A DNA stretch of 64,000 nt, taken from the NCBI GenBank assembly GCA_038119905.1, contig JAYOKQ010000007.1, positions 250 through 64,249 on the forward strand, given 5' to 3'. Of this stretch, positions 37,309 to 45,029 are shown one piece after another. The stretch comes from Gemmatimonadota bacterium. GTDB lineage: Bacteria; Latescibacterota; UBA2968; UBA8231. Each line of letters opens with the position of its first letter. The stretch's first letter is position 1. The position numbers and the translations under genes were made by a program. The notes under the pieces were generated by a model that had not been told where the DNA came from, made no database searches, and saw only the letters and a list, made by a program, of their open reading frames with translations.

Positions 37309-40300
37309 ATGATGAAGGGTAGCAAATGCTTACTACTTCTCGCTGCATTTTTGGTGGGATTTGGCCTGACGAAGACGGCAGACGCACAGTCTGCCCTCAT
37401 TGAGTCGGTCACAATCGTCTCCCCAGATAGCGGCACGGTTCGAGGAATCGACTCCACTTTTGTGGTGACTGCTACGGTCCTCGACTACACGGCTTCGGAC
37501 AGTCTCGAAGTTGTCATGTATCTGATCGCAGGTGGCGTCGATACGGCGGGTGTCGCTGACAATACTGGAACAGATCTTAGCACGCGTTTCACTGCCATCT
37601 CTGGTAAGACGATGGCGCCTGCCAGCAATGTTTCGGTGAACGCGAAAAGGCGTGGCACCGCGACTGGTCGCGACACGCTGGCATCTGGTAACGCTGATTC
37701 TGTCGTTGTCAGCACGGGAACCGACCGGGTCACGTTCACTTGGTATGGTAGGATCGACAGCACCTCTGGTACCGTGAATAACATCAGGGCGGCCGCTGTC
37801 GCGTTGGATTATAACACGAGCGCAGCGAACTCGTCTACCGCGGTAAAGGTTTCTGCTGCCACAAAGAGCTTCGATATTGATGCTGACCGTCCAGCCAATC
37901 CGGCGGGTCTCGTTTCTATAAATGCCGGCGCATTGCAGACCGCCACGATCGGTGGTGTTTCCAAGAGCATCGCCGGTATTGGTGACACGATTAACGTTCG
38001 GACCAAGCTGGGAGAAACCACTGTTGGTGTCCTTCAGGGTGATTCGCTCTCCGTCAGGTTGAACATCTTCGGCAAGAATTTTGCCGTGGATAAGACTTCT
38101 CGTTCTTCCGATACGCTGAAGACGCTGATCACCCTCGCTGAAGGCACGTTTGGCGAATTAGATGGTAGCGCCAATACGACGGCTGCGGTGTACTTGGTCG
38201 ACAAGGCCGGTAACCTGTCGGGTGGATTGGATACGGCCCCCCAGGGTGCCACGAAGGCTACGACCTTCATATTCGACACCAAGGCTCCTGACCTAACTGA
38301 GGCTACGGGTGACACCATTCTACCGGTTTCGAATGATACCATCACTGACGGCACGATTAACGGTGATGGTGTAGCTAAAGACTTAAATCCCATCACCTAT
38401 GGTCTGGGTGAAGCGTTGGATTCACTGTTCATCGCCTTCACAGGTCCGAGCACGTTGAATGTCAAGATTGGTAGTGGCGCAACGAAAAATGACGGTGCTA
38501 GCTCGCCTCTTGCCAAAACGACTAAAAGAGTGCTTGACTTGAGCTCCAAGGCCAATGGTGCTAAGGATTCGACGGCTACCGTCAGAGGCACTGATGGCTC
38601 TTCGGTTGCTACCGTCCAGGGTGCTTTGGCAGATTCTGTGCTAGCAACGGGCGTTTACTCCATCACTTTCAAGGGCAAGGACTTGGCCGGCAACGTCGGT
38701 CCCGTTTTGACCCGTGCAAACGTCTACGTTGATGTGGATGACGTCAAGTTTGACCGTCTGTTCCCGACGAAAGCTTCTTTCGGCGCAGTGGGCGCTTCTC
38801 GTGTTGACACGCTAGACGAGGAAACGGCTAAGTTGGTTTTCAAACTTTCTGAGCCCGCCGATAGTGTGCTGATCACTTACAGAGGAATCGCTGGTCCGGA
38901 TGAGAACAAGTCGCGCACGCGTCGTCTGTCGGGTTCGCAGTTGACGAATACGGCTAGCGAACAGATCGTAGCGATTGATTCGTTGGTACATGCATCCAAG
39001 TACGAACTGACGGTGTTGGCTCGTGACTTGGCCGGCAACTTCTCTCGCACGAGAAAAGACACGTTCTTCTACGACACCTCGTTTGTCGTTCCCGTGCTGA
39101 AGCGCTTTGTCGTCACTGCAAGCCAGCGCGGTCCGGGTAGCCCGGTTAATGCTGGTGCTAGTGTTACGGTCACGCTCAAGGCTGATGCCACCACGGACGG
39201 CACGCGTGATGCTGTGACGTACAAGCGTCCGGCGATCTTGAAGGTTGCCAACAAGAACGGCGGTGTTAAGGTCGAAGGTAACGGTGTAACGAAGCTCGAT
39301 GATTCCCGCTGGCAGTTGAACGACCTTGACTGGGTGACTGGTGTTCGCACGGTAACCGTCACGGACACCACTTCCGTGGACGAGTTGACGATTTCGATCG
39401 TTGATTCGACTTCTGGTGGTGGTCCCTACACGGGTGCATTGGACTCCGTGATTGTGATCCAGCCTGATGTCTATAGCAAGCTTGTTGCTACGGCTCCGGC
39501 GGTGGTTGGTGTTGGTCAGGACTTCAATATCTCTGTGTCCAAGCAGGATAAATTCGGCAACGTTCGCGTCGCTGATAGTGGTGATGCCATTTCTTCTGAT
39601 CATGACGGTCTGGATGTCGCCATTGGCGGCGACGCCATCATTCAGAAGGGTCTTGACACGGTTGTCGCGAGAATCAGCCGTGCTCGCGATGCTTGGATCT
39701 CTCTGACGGTCGCTGGTCTTTCTGACACCGTGATGGTTACGGCGGCTCCTGGTGGAGCTCCGTTGGATGGTCCTGATCAGTTGGTCGGCGAAGACTACAT
39801 GGGCGCTGATGGTATGGGCGACCAGGGTGGCTTCGTCATGATGACGTGGGATCTGTCCGACGATCATGGCTCGGTTGATGCTTATCGCATCTACCGTCAG
39901 ATTCAGGTGACGGCCGACCTCGATTCGACCGGTGCTGTCGTCATGTTGGCCGAGCCCCAAGCTGCTTGGGTGCCGTGGGCCAAGGTGGACGCTGTTCCGG
40001 GTGAAGGTGTTGGTCGTGCGATCGTAGCGACCCTCGACAATGTGGCCACGTATTGGGCTATCGCAGCCGAGCGTGGAAACCAGTCGACGGACGCCGTGAT
40101 CAACAGCAAGGCCGTTAGCACCGAAGCGATGGACGCCTACGCCGCTATGGCGCAGACGATCCAGCAGAGCCAGCAGGTTGCCGCTATGGGCGATCAGCCG
40201 GTTTTTGCCTCGCTGCTGCCGGAAGCTCTTTCGTTCGCCCAGCAGGGTGTTGCTCCTCGTCTGAAGAGTGTGGACGAAGGCGTAATGCGTTCGGCTATGG

Positions 40301-41643
40301 CTGAGACGAAGGTTGCTGTTCGTGCTGTAGACAACATTGCTCCGCTGGCCGTGCCTTACCTGCGTGTCCTTGATACGCCGGGAGATGCGGGTAGCAGCAT
40401 CACGCTGACCTGGACCAAGTCCGAAGATGATCGCATGCTGGCGCGTAGCGCTTCGAATGCGACCTCGCTCGGTTCGGTCTCTGATTTGGTCGCTGGTGTT
40501 AAGGGCTACAACATTTACCGTAAAGTAGGCGCCACGGGTGAATACGCTCTGGTCGGTAAAGCTTCGTCCGGTTCGACCTCGTTTGTCGATCAGACGGCGC
40601 TGAACGGCGTTCGTTACACCTACTCGGTGGCTCCGTATGACGAAGACAACGTGACGAAGTCTGATGTGGAGCGGACGGCTATGGCCATCCGTAACACGGT
40701 TGTCGACAAAAACGGCAAGGCGGTCTACGGCCTCTTCGGCGCAGACAACCAGGTCGGTTTTGACGACTTCTTCATCTTCGCTGACAACTTCGGTTTGACG
40801 GCGGCTGATGAGGCTTTCGAGCCGGCTTTCGATCTGGCGTCCAGCGCTGGTCTGCCGAGAGTCGATTTCGATGACTTCTTCGTCTTCGCTGACAACTTTG
40901 GCCGTGGTATCGAAGCCGCCGGTAAGGTGGTTCCGATGCAGGCTGGTCTCAACGCCGATGCGCGCCTCTATCTTGAGGCTTCCGCTGAACTGCCCCGCGT
41001 GGGTGAGGAAGTGGCCATTGACGTCGACTTGGCCGACTACGTGCAGTTGAAGGGTTACGGTCTGTCGGTTGTTTACGATGCCGACAAACTGGAGTATGTC
41101 CGCACGGTAACGACGAACTCGCTGCTGGGTGAGGGTGAGTTGGCCACGCCGCGCGCCATTACGCAGACGGAAGGTCAAGTTGACATCGCCGCCTATGGTG
41201 AGACCGTTTCGGAAGGCGCTCTTGGTATGAGCGTTATCTTCCGCACCAAGTCGGAGATCGAAAACACCTACGTCGAGGTGACGGACAGCCAGGTGCGTGA
41301 CGGTGATTTCGCTGTCAACACCGTGGCCTTGCCGGCGCCTGTGCAGATCCAGACGCGTCCGGAAGCGTTCGCCTTGGCGAACAACTATCCGAACCCGTTC
41401 AACCCTGCCACGACCATCAAGTATGCCTTGCCGGAAGCTTCTCAGGTGCGTCTGGAGGTCTTCAACGTAGTGGGTCAGGTTGTTAGCACCCTCGTTGATA
41501 ACCACCAGAATGCGGGCCGCTATGTGGTCCAGTGGGATGCGACCAACGATCAGGGACACAGCTTGTCTTCGGGTATTTACTTCTACCGCCTACAGGCCGG
41601 TGGTGAGTTCCTCGAAGTCAAGAAGATGTTGCTGCTCAAGTAA
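37309..41643 (+). CDS. giant secreted surface protein: Ig/FN3-like repeats, degenerate dockerin-like duplicate, cohesin-like module, T9SS-type C-terminal sorting domain
   Basis: GAGGAGG RBS, then MMKGSKCLLLLAAFLVGFGLTKTADAQ signal peptide. FN3 ITLTWTKSEDD..YNIYRK..YTYSVAPYD. Duplicate FDDFFxFADNFG. Cohesin-like GEEVAIDVDLADYVQLKGYGLSVVYDADKLEYV. C-terminus NYPNPFNPATTIKYALP...SGIYFYRLQAG..KKMLLLK. Confidence 0.85.
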   Translation: MMKGSKCLLLLAAFLVGFGLTKTADAQSALIESVTIVSPDSGTVRGIDSTFVVTATVLDYTASDSLEVVMYLIAGGVDTAGVADNTGTDLSTRFTAISGKTMAPASNVSVNAKRRGTATGRDTLASGNADSVVVSTGTDRVTFTWYGRIDSTSGTVNNIRAAAVALDYNTSAANSSTAVKVSAATKSFDIDADRPANPAGLVSINAGALQTATIGGVSKSIAGIGDTINVRTKLGETTVGVLQGDSLSVRLNIFGKNFAVDKTSRSSDTLKTLITLAEGTFGELDGSANTTAAVYLVDKAGNLSGGLDTAPQGATKATTFIFDTKAPDLTEATGDTILPVSNDTITDGTINGDGVAKDLNPITYGLGEALDSLFIAFTGPSTLNVKIGSGATKNDGASSPLAKTTKRVLDLSSKANGAKDSTATVRGTDGSSVATVQGALADSVLATGVYSITFKGKDLAGNVGPVLTRANVYVDVDDVKFDRLFPTKASFGAVGASRVDTLDEETAKLVFKLSEPADSVLITYRGIAGPDENKSRTRRLSGSQLTNTASEQIVAIDSLVHASKYELTVLARDLAGNFSRTRKDTFFYDTSFVVPVLKRFVVTASQRGPGSPVNAGASVTVTLKADATTDGTRDAVTYKRPAILKVANKNGGVKVEGNGVTKLDDSRWQLNDLDWVTGVRTVTVTDTTSVDELTISIVDSTSGGGPYTGALDSVIVIQPDVYSKLVATAPAVVGVGQDFNISVSKQDKFGNVRVADSGDAISSDHDGLDVAIGGDAIIQKGLDTVVARISRARDAWISLTVAGLSDTVMVTAAPGGAPLDGPDQLVGEDYMGADGMGDQGGFVMMTWDLSDDHGSVDAYRIYRQIQVTADLDSTGAVVMLAEPQAAWVPWAKVDAVPGEGVGRAIVATLDNVATYWAIAAERGNQSTDAVINSKAVSTEAMDAYAAMAQTIQQSQQVAAMGDQPVFASLLPEALSFAQQGVAPRLKSVDEGVMRSAMAETKVAVRAVDNIAPLAVPYLRVLDTPGDAGSSITLTWTKSEDDRMLARSASNATSLGSVSDLVAGVKGYNIYRKVGATGEYALVGKASSGSTSFVDQTALNGVRYTYSVAPYDEDNVTKSDVERTAMAIRNTVVDKNGKAVYGLFGADNQVGFDDFFIFADNFGLTAADEAFEPAFDLASSAGLPRVDFDDFFVFADNFGRGIEAAGKVVPMQAGLNADARLYLEASAELPRVGEEVAIDVDLADYVQLKGYGLSVVYDADKLEYVRTVTTNSLLGEGELATPRAITQTEGQVDIAAYGETVSEGALGMSVIFRTKSEIENTYVEVTDSQVRDGDFAVNTVALPAPVQIQTRPEAFALANNYPNPFNPATTIKYALPEASQVRLEVFNVVGQVVSTLVDNHQNAGRYVVQWDATNDQGHSLSSGIYFYRLQAGGEFLEVKKMLLLK

Positions 41644-41659
41644 GCAAGTGTAATGGGTA

Positions 41660-41689
41660 GTGGGATGGTGCCTTTTGGCACCATCCCAC
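41660..41689 (+). other. perfect 13-bp intercistronic hairpin (no U-tract)
   Basis: GTGGGATGGTGCC-TTTT-GGCACCATCCCAC, 17 nt after the stop of the giant gene. Confidence 0.6.
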
Positions 41690-41747
41690 AATGGCTTAAT
41701 GGTTAACCGTTAGTTTTGTTGACAATAAAGAAAAAGGTGAACCAACA

Positions 41748-43304
41748 ATGCAGAAAAGCGTGCGCAAGATTTTTACTCTTGCCATCGCCTCCCTGCTCGC
41801 GCTCAGTGGCGCTGCCTTCGCCGGTGATAATGCAGGCGTCGTTGTCTCTTTGGATAGCGACGCTGAAGTATCTGGAGTCGGCGCCGGTGCCACAATCGAT
41901 GTGGCTCTTTCGGCTTCGGGAATGGTTGGGGTTAAGCAGTTCGACGTTACCATAACTGTCTCGCCTGCAGATGCTTTCGATTTGTCTGCAACGACATTTG
42001 CTCAGAATGCGGCGGCTTTTACAATTTCGCCGGGTGTTGAGTTTCCCGCTGACGGAGAAGTTAAGAGTGGAGCGGCGAGCTTTGGCGCTGCTGTGGAAGG
42101 CGATGCGAGTTTAGGTGCGTTTACCTTAACTACGTCGGCTAGTTTTACCGAGGATACGGAAGCTACGATCACGGTGACACGCGTCTCCATCGGTCCTACT
42201 TCGACCGATCGCGACGTGTTTGACGCTGATGCGTTGGGTTTGAGTGTTACGGTGAATCCGCCGGCTCCTCCCGTCATCGAGCCTATGCTCGAGGCGCTCA
42301 CTGTGACCGATGCGAGTTTAGATTACTCGGCTGTCGGTGAAGGTGATGTTCTAGACGGCAGCGATGGCGAGTTACTGATTGCCGCTGAATTTAGCGATGA
42401 GACGGGTAGCTTGGGTGCCGGACAGGCCGTGCAGTGGACCATTATGAACAACGGTTCAGAGTCGGTCTACTTGGTAGCCGAGGATGGAAGCATTGAGATT
42501 GAAGCCGGTTCTGAACTGGTCCTCTCATCTGAGACGGACGAGGACGGTGTTGCCGGCGCGGTTTTCGATGCTGAAGGCGATCGCACTGCAGGGACGACCA
42601 GCTTGAGTGTCTCTGTGAGCACTACGGCTGACAATTCCGATGGTGTTGAGCGTGAGCTGTCCGTTGATTTCAGCGCTACGTGGGATGTCCCCGTCGCAGC
42701 TGAATTGGCGAGTTTGACGTCGCAGGTGACCGTTGACGAAAATGTCCTGCTCCAGTGGGGTGTTGCTTCGCAGTCCAACAACCTGGGGTGGGAGGTTTTT
42801 CGCAGCACGGATAACCGCGTCTTCACCAAGGTTAGCGAATTGGTGTTGGGCGATGGTAACAGCGATGAGTTCAAGTCATACAGTTTTGTAGACTCGAACT
42901 TGCCGCAGGTTGACGTGCTGTATTACTACCTAAATCAGATTGATTTGGATGGAACGACGACTCGTTCGCAGGTTATCGAAGTACTGCTTTCGCCCACGGC
43001 GGTTGCCGATTTGGCCCTGCCTACGGTGAACGCTTTGAGACAGAATTTCCCCAATCCGTTCAACCCTGAGACTATGATCAGCTTCGATTTGAGTGGCGAT
43101 CAGGTTGTTAGCTTGACCATTTATGACATGGCCGGTCAGGCCATTCGCACGTTGGTCGATGCGCAGCCGATGACTGCTGGCAATTATAAGCAGTTGTGGG
43201 ATGGCCGGAATGATAGCGGAGCCAAAGTTGGTAGCGGTATTTACTTTTACCAGCTTCGCGCGGGTGATTTCGTTGCTAAGAAGAAAATGACCCTGCTCCA
43301 ATAA
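41748..43304 (+). CDS. secreted cohesin-like protein with T9SS-type C-terminal sorting domain
   Basis: Signal peptide ...ALSGAAFA. N-terminal GATIDVALSASGMVGVKQFDVTITVSP is cohesin-like. C-terminus NFPNPFNPETMISFDL...SGIYFYQLRAGDFVAKKKMTLLQ. Confidence 0.8.
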   Translation: MQKSVRKIFTLAIASLLALSGAAFAGDNAGVVVSLDSDAEVSGVGAGATIDVALSASGMVGVKQFDVTITVSPADAFDLSATTFAQNAAAFTISPGVEFPADGEVKSGAASFGAAVEGDASLGAFTLTTSASFTEDTEATITVTRVSIGPTSTDRDVFDADALGLSVTVNPPAPPVIEPMLEALTVTDASLDYSAVGEGDVLDGSDGELLIAAEFSDETGSLGAGQAVQWTIMNNGSESVYLVAEDGSIEIEAGSELVLSSETDEDGVAGAVFDAEGDRTAGTTSLSVSVSTTADNSDGVERELSVDFSATWDVPVAAELASLTSQVTVDENVLLQWGVASQSNNLGWEVFRSTDNRVFTKVSELVLGDGNSDEFKSYSFVDSNLPQVDVLYYYLNQIDLDGTTTRSQVIEVLLSPTAVADLALPTVNALRQNFPNPFNPETMISFDLSGDQVVSLTIYDMAGQAIRTLVDAQPMTAGNYKQLWDGRNDSGAKVGSGIYFYQLRAGDFVAKKKMTLLQ

Positions 43305-43330
43305 CATCGGGTAAAGCTGTTGTTTTAAAA

Positions 43331-43363
43331 CCGCTGGATTCTTTGGAATCCAGCGGTTTTTTT
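43331..43363 (+). terminator. rho-independent terminator
   Basis: 11-bp stem CCGCTGGATTC/GAATCCAGCGG, loop TTTG, then T7. Confidence 0.9.
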
Positions 43364-43393
43364 GTTTTTAAAAAGAATAAGGTGTTGCCTATC

Positions 43394-43422
43394 TTGTTTC
43401 TGAATTTCCCGTCAATTATATT
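43394..43422 (+). promoter_or_regulatory. possible promoter TTGTTT-17-TATATT for moaD
   Basis: The hexamers and 17-nt spacer were read directly, about 27 nt upstream of the TTG start. Confidence 0.35.
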
Positions 43423-43448
43423 CCTCCTCAACTGAGGAGAAAGAAGTT

Positions 43449-43694
43449 TTGAAAGTAAAACTGTTGTTTTTTGCTTCATGTAGAGACATAGTCGGAGTCA
43501 AAGAGACGGATTTCGAGTTAGAAGCTAGCGCGACGCTTGGTGATTTAAAGTATTCACTACGTTCGACGTATCCCCAATTAGCAACGCGCGAGAAGACGCT
43601 CTCGTTTGCGGTTAATGCAGAATATGCTGATGACTCAGTGAAACTCTCTGAGGGCGATGAGATTGCCCTCATTCCTCCGGTAAGTGGGGGGTAA
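43449..43694 (+). CDS. moaD: molybdopterin synthase sulfur-carrier subunit (MoaD/ThiS fold)
   Basis: 81 aa ending in DEIALIPPVSGG (C-terminal Gly-Gly). TTG start behind AGGAGAAAG. Confidence 0.75.
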   Translation: MKVKLLFFASCRDIVGVKETDFELEASATLGDLKYSLRSTYPQLATREKTLSFAVNAEYADDSVKLSEGDEIALIPPVSGG

Positions 43695-43696
43695 GA

Positions 43697-44137
43697 TTGT
43701 TTAAAATTACAGAAAATGCGATTCGCGTCGATGCACTACACGAACAGGTCCTGAGAGATTGTCATGGGGCCGTTGTTACCTTTGCCGGTGTTGTGCGTGA
43801 CCACTCTGGAGAAACTAAGACTCAGTTTTTGGAGTATGAGGCATATGCCGATATGGCAGAAAAAAAGATGGCCGAAATCGGTGCTGAGGTAAACGAAAAG
43901 TGGGGCATTGAGCAGATCGCCATTTTACATCGAATAGGGCGCCTGGAAATAGGCGAAATTAGCGTTCTAATCGCTGTGGCAAGTCCGCATCGTGCTGAAG
44001 CCATACATGCCTGCCATTATGCAATTGATAGGTTGAAAGAAATTGTGCCCATCTGGAAAAAGGAAGTCGGAGAAGACGGAGCTTTCTGGGTGGAGGGGCC
44101 GTCGAAAGCTGCCGAAAAAAACCGAGATGATTCCTAA
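43697..44137 (+). CDS. moaE: molybdopterin synthase catalytic subunit
   Basis: GAVVTFAGVVRD, LEYEAY, ILHRIGRLEIGE, SPHRAEA and PIWKKE motifs. Confidence 0.85.
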   Translation: MFKITENAIRVDALHEQVLRDCHGAVVTFAGVVRDHSGETKTQFLEYEAYADMAEKKMAEIGAEVNEKWGIEQIAILHRIGRLEIGEISVLIAVASPHRAEAIHACHYAIDRLKEIVPIWKKEVGEDGAFWVEGPSKAAEKNRDDS

Positions 44138-44612
44138 CTTTAGCTGGGTCGTACCTGATGAGATAGCTGGATCTGGCCAAATCGGCGCTTGGGGTGCCTA
44201 TGCCGACGAAGCGTTAGCTAACGACTTGTGGGATTTAAAAGAATGCGGTGTTGGTGCGATCGTTTCTTTGACGGAAAAGCCGTTGGATTCTGGCCCGATT
44301 ACCAGTTTAAACATGGATTATCTGCATCTTCCCATTCCAGATATGTCGGCCCCATCGCTTGGAGAAATCGAACGATTTTTGTCGTTTGCCGTTGATATGA
44401 TTGATCGAGGTCGTTCGGTCTTGGTTCACTGCGGAGCGGGTTTGGGACGCACCGGCACTATGTTGGCCTGTTATTTGGTGCTTAAGGGGCACGAGCCTTT
44501 GGCTGCAATACAGAGGGTGCGAATCGACCGGCCGGGTTCCATTGAGACGGAGGCTCAAGAGATCGCGATCTTTGAATATGCTGCGTCTTTAACCGGTAAA
44601 GAGGCTGGTTGA
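44127..44612 (+). CDS. dual-specificity / tyrosine protein phosphatase (CX5R)
   Basis: The internal ATG 44127 gives MIPNFSWVVPDEIAGS. Active site VHCGAGLGRTG. 11-nt overlap with moaE. Confidence 0.75.
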   Translation: MIPNFSWVVPDEIAGSGQIGAWGAYADEALANDLWDLKECGVGAIVSLTEKPLDSGPITSLNMDYLHLPIPDMSAPSLGEIERFLSFAVDMIDRGRSVLVHCGAGLGRTGTMLACYLVLKGHEPLAAIQRVRIDRPGSIETEAQEIAIFEYAASLTGKEAG

Positions 44613-44637
44613 CATGTCCCCAGTCGATTTCTACATT
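44609..44637 (+). promoter_or_regulatory. sigma70-like promoter TTGACA-17-TACATT
   Basis: Read directly. It overlaps the phosphatase stop codon and lies about 85 nt upstream of the zinc-ribbon gene. Confidence 0.5.
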
Positions 44638-44729
44638 CTCACCATGTACATCTCAATTGTAAGTGTCACTGATACTTGCGTGGATCCATCCACATTGCCT
44701 GAACCATTTTAAAGGGAGGGGAGGAACGG

Positions 44730-44924
44730 ATGGAAATTAGCAATTTTCCGTCGTGCTTGAAGTGTTCTGAAGGGGTGTTGGTGCCGCTTTCAGATTACGG
44801 TAGAGATGGTGCGGCCATTCACTACAAGGCATGGGCGTGCACCAATCCGGAGTGTGGTTATCATCTGAGGATTGATAACGGGGAATTAAGTATCGGTAAA
44901 GAACTCAAGGAGTCTTATAAATAG
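44730..44924 (+). CDS. small zinc-ribbon protein (YgiT-like CxxC...CxxxxC)
   Basis: Strong RBS GGGAGGGGAGG. CLKCSEG...CTNPECG cysteine pairs. It has its own promoter and terminator. Confidence 0.6.
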   Translation: MEISNFPSCLKCSEGVLVPLSDYGRDGAAIHYKAWACTNPECGYHLRIDNGELSIGKELKESYK

Positions 44925-44981
44925 CGCGTGCTAGTAAGGTGCTATTGGTAGGATTACGGCTCAAACATACTGCAGTTTGGT

Positions 44982-45008
44982 AAAGGCTCCCTTGGGAGCC
45001 TTTTCTTC
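44982..45008 (+). terminator. rho-independent terminator
   Basis: AAAGGCTCC-CTTG-GGAGCCTTT stem-loop followed by a TCTTCT tail. Confidence 0.7.
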
Positions 45009-45029
45009 TCTAAGAGGTTCGTTCCAGGG

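Noticed and set aside
38812-41559. 915-codon ORF antisense to the giant surface-protein gene
   Set aside because: It lies in exact codon register with the sense gene (41557-37309 is divisible by 3). It stays open only because the sense gene avoids TTA, CTA and TCA codons over 2.7 kb. Its translation is Arg/Val/His-rich low-complexity sequence with no motifs. The sense strand has the RBS, signal peptide and recognisable domains.
43364-43448. Possible Moco riboswitch upstream of moaD
   Set aside because: The spacer is only 85 nt including a promoter, so the leader would be about 25 nt. That is far too short for the roughly 130-nt Moco RNA motif. Only a small CTCCTCA/TGAGGAG hairpin overlapping the SD is present.
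45001-45029. GGTTCGTTCC, which resembles a tRNA T-arm
   Set aside because: There is no acceptor, D or anticodon arm around it. It lies in the 21 nt between a terminator and the ybbR-like start.
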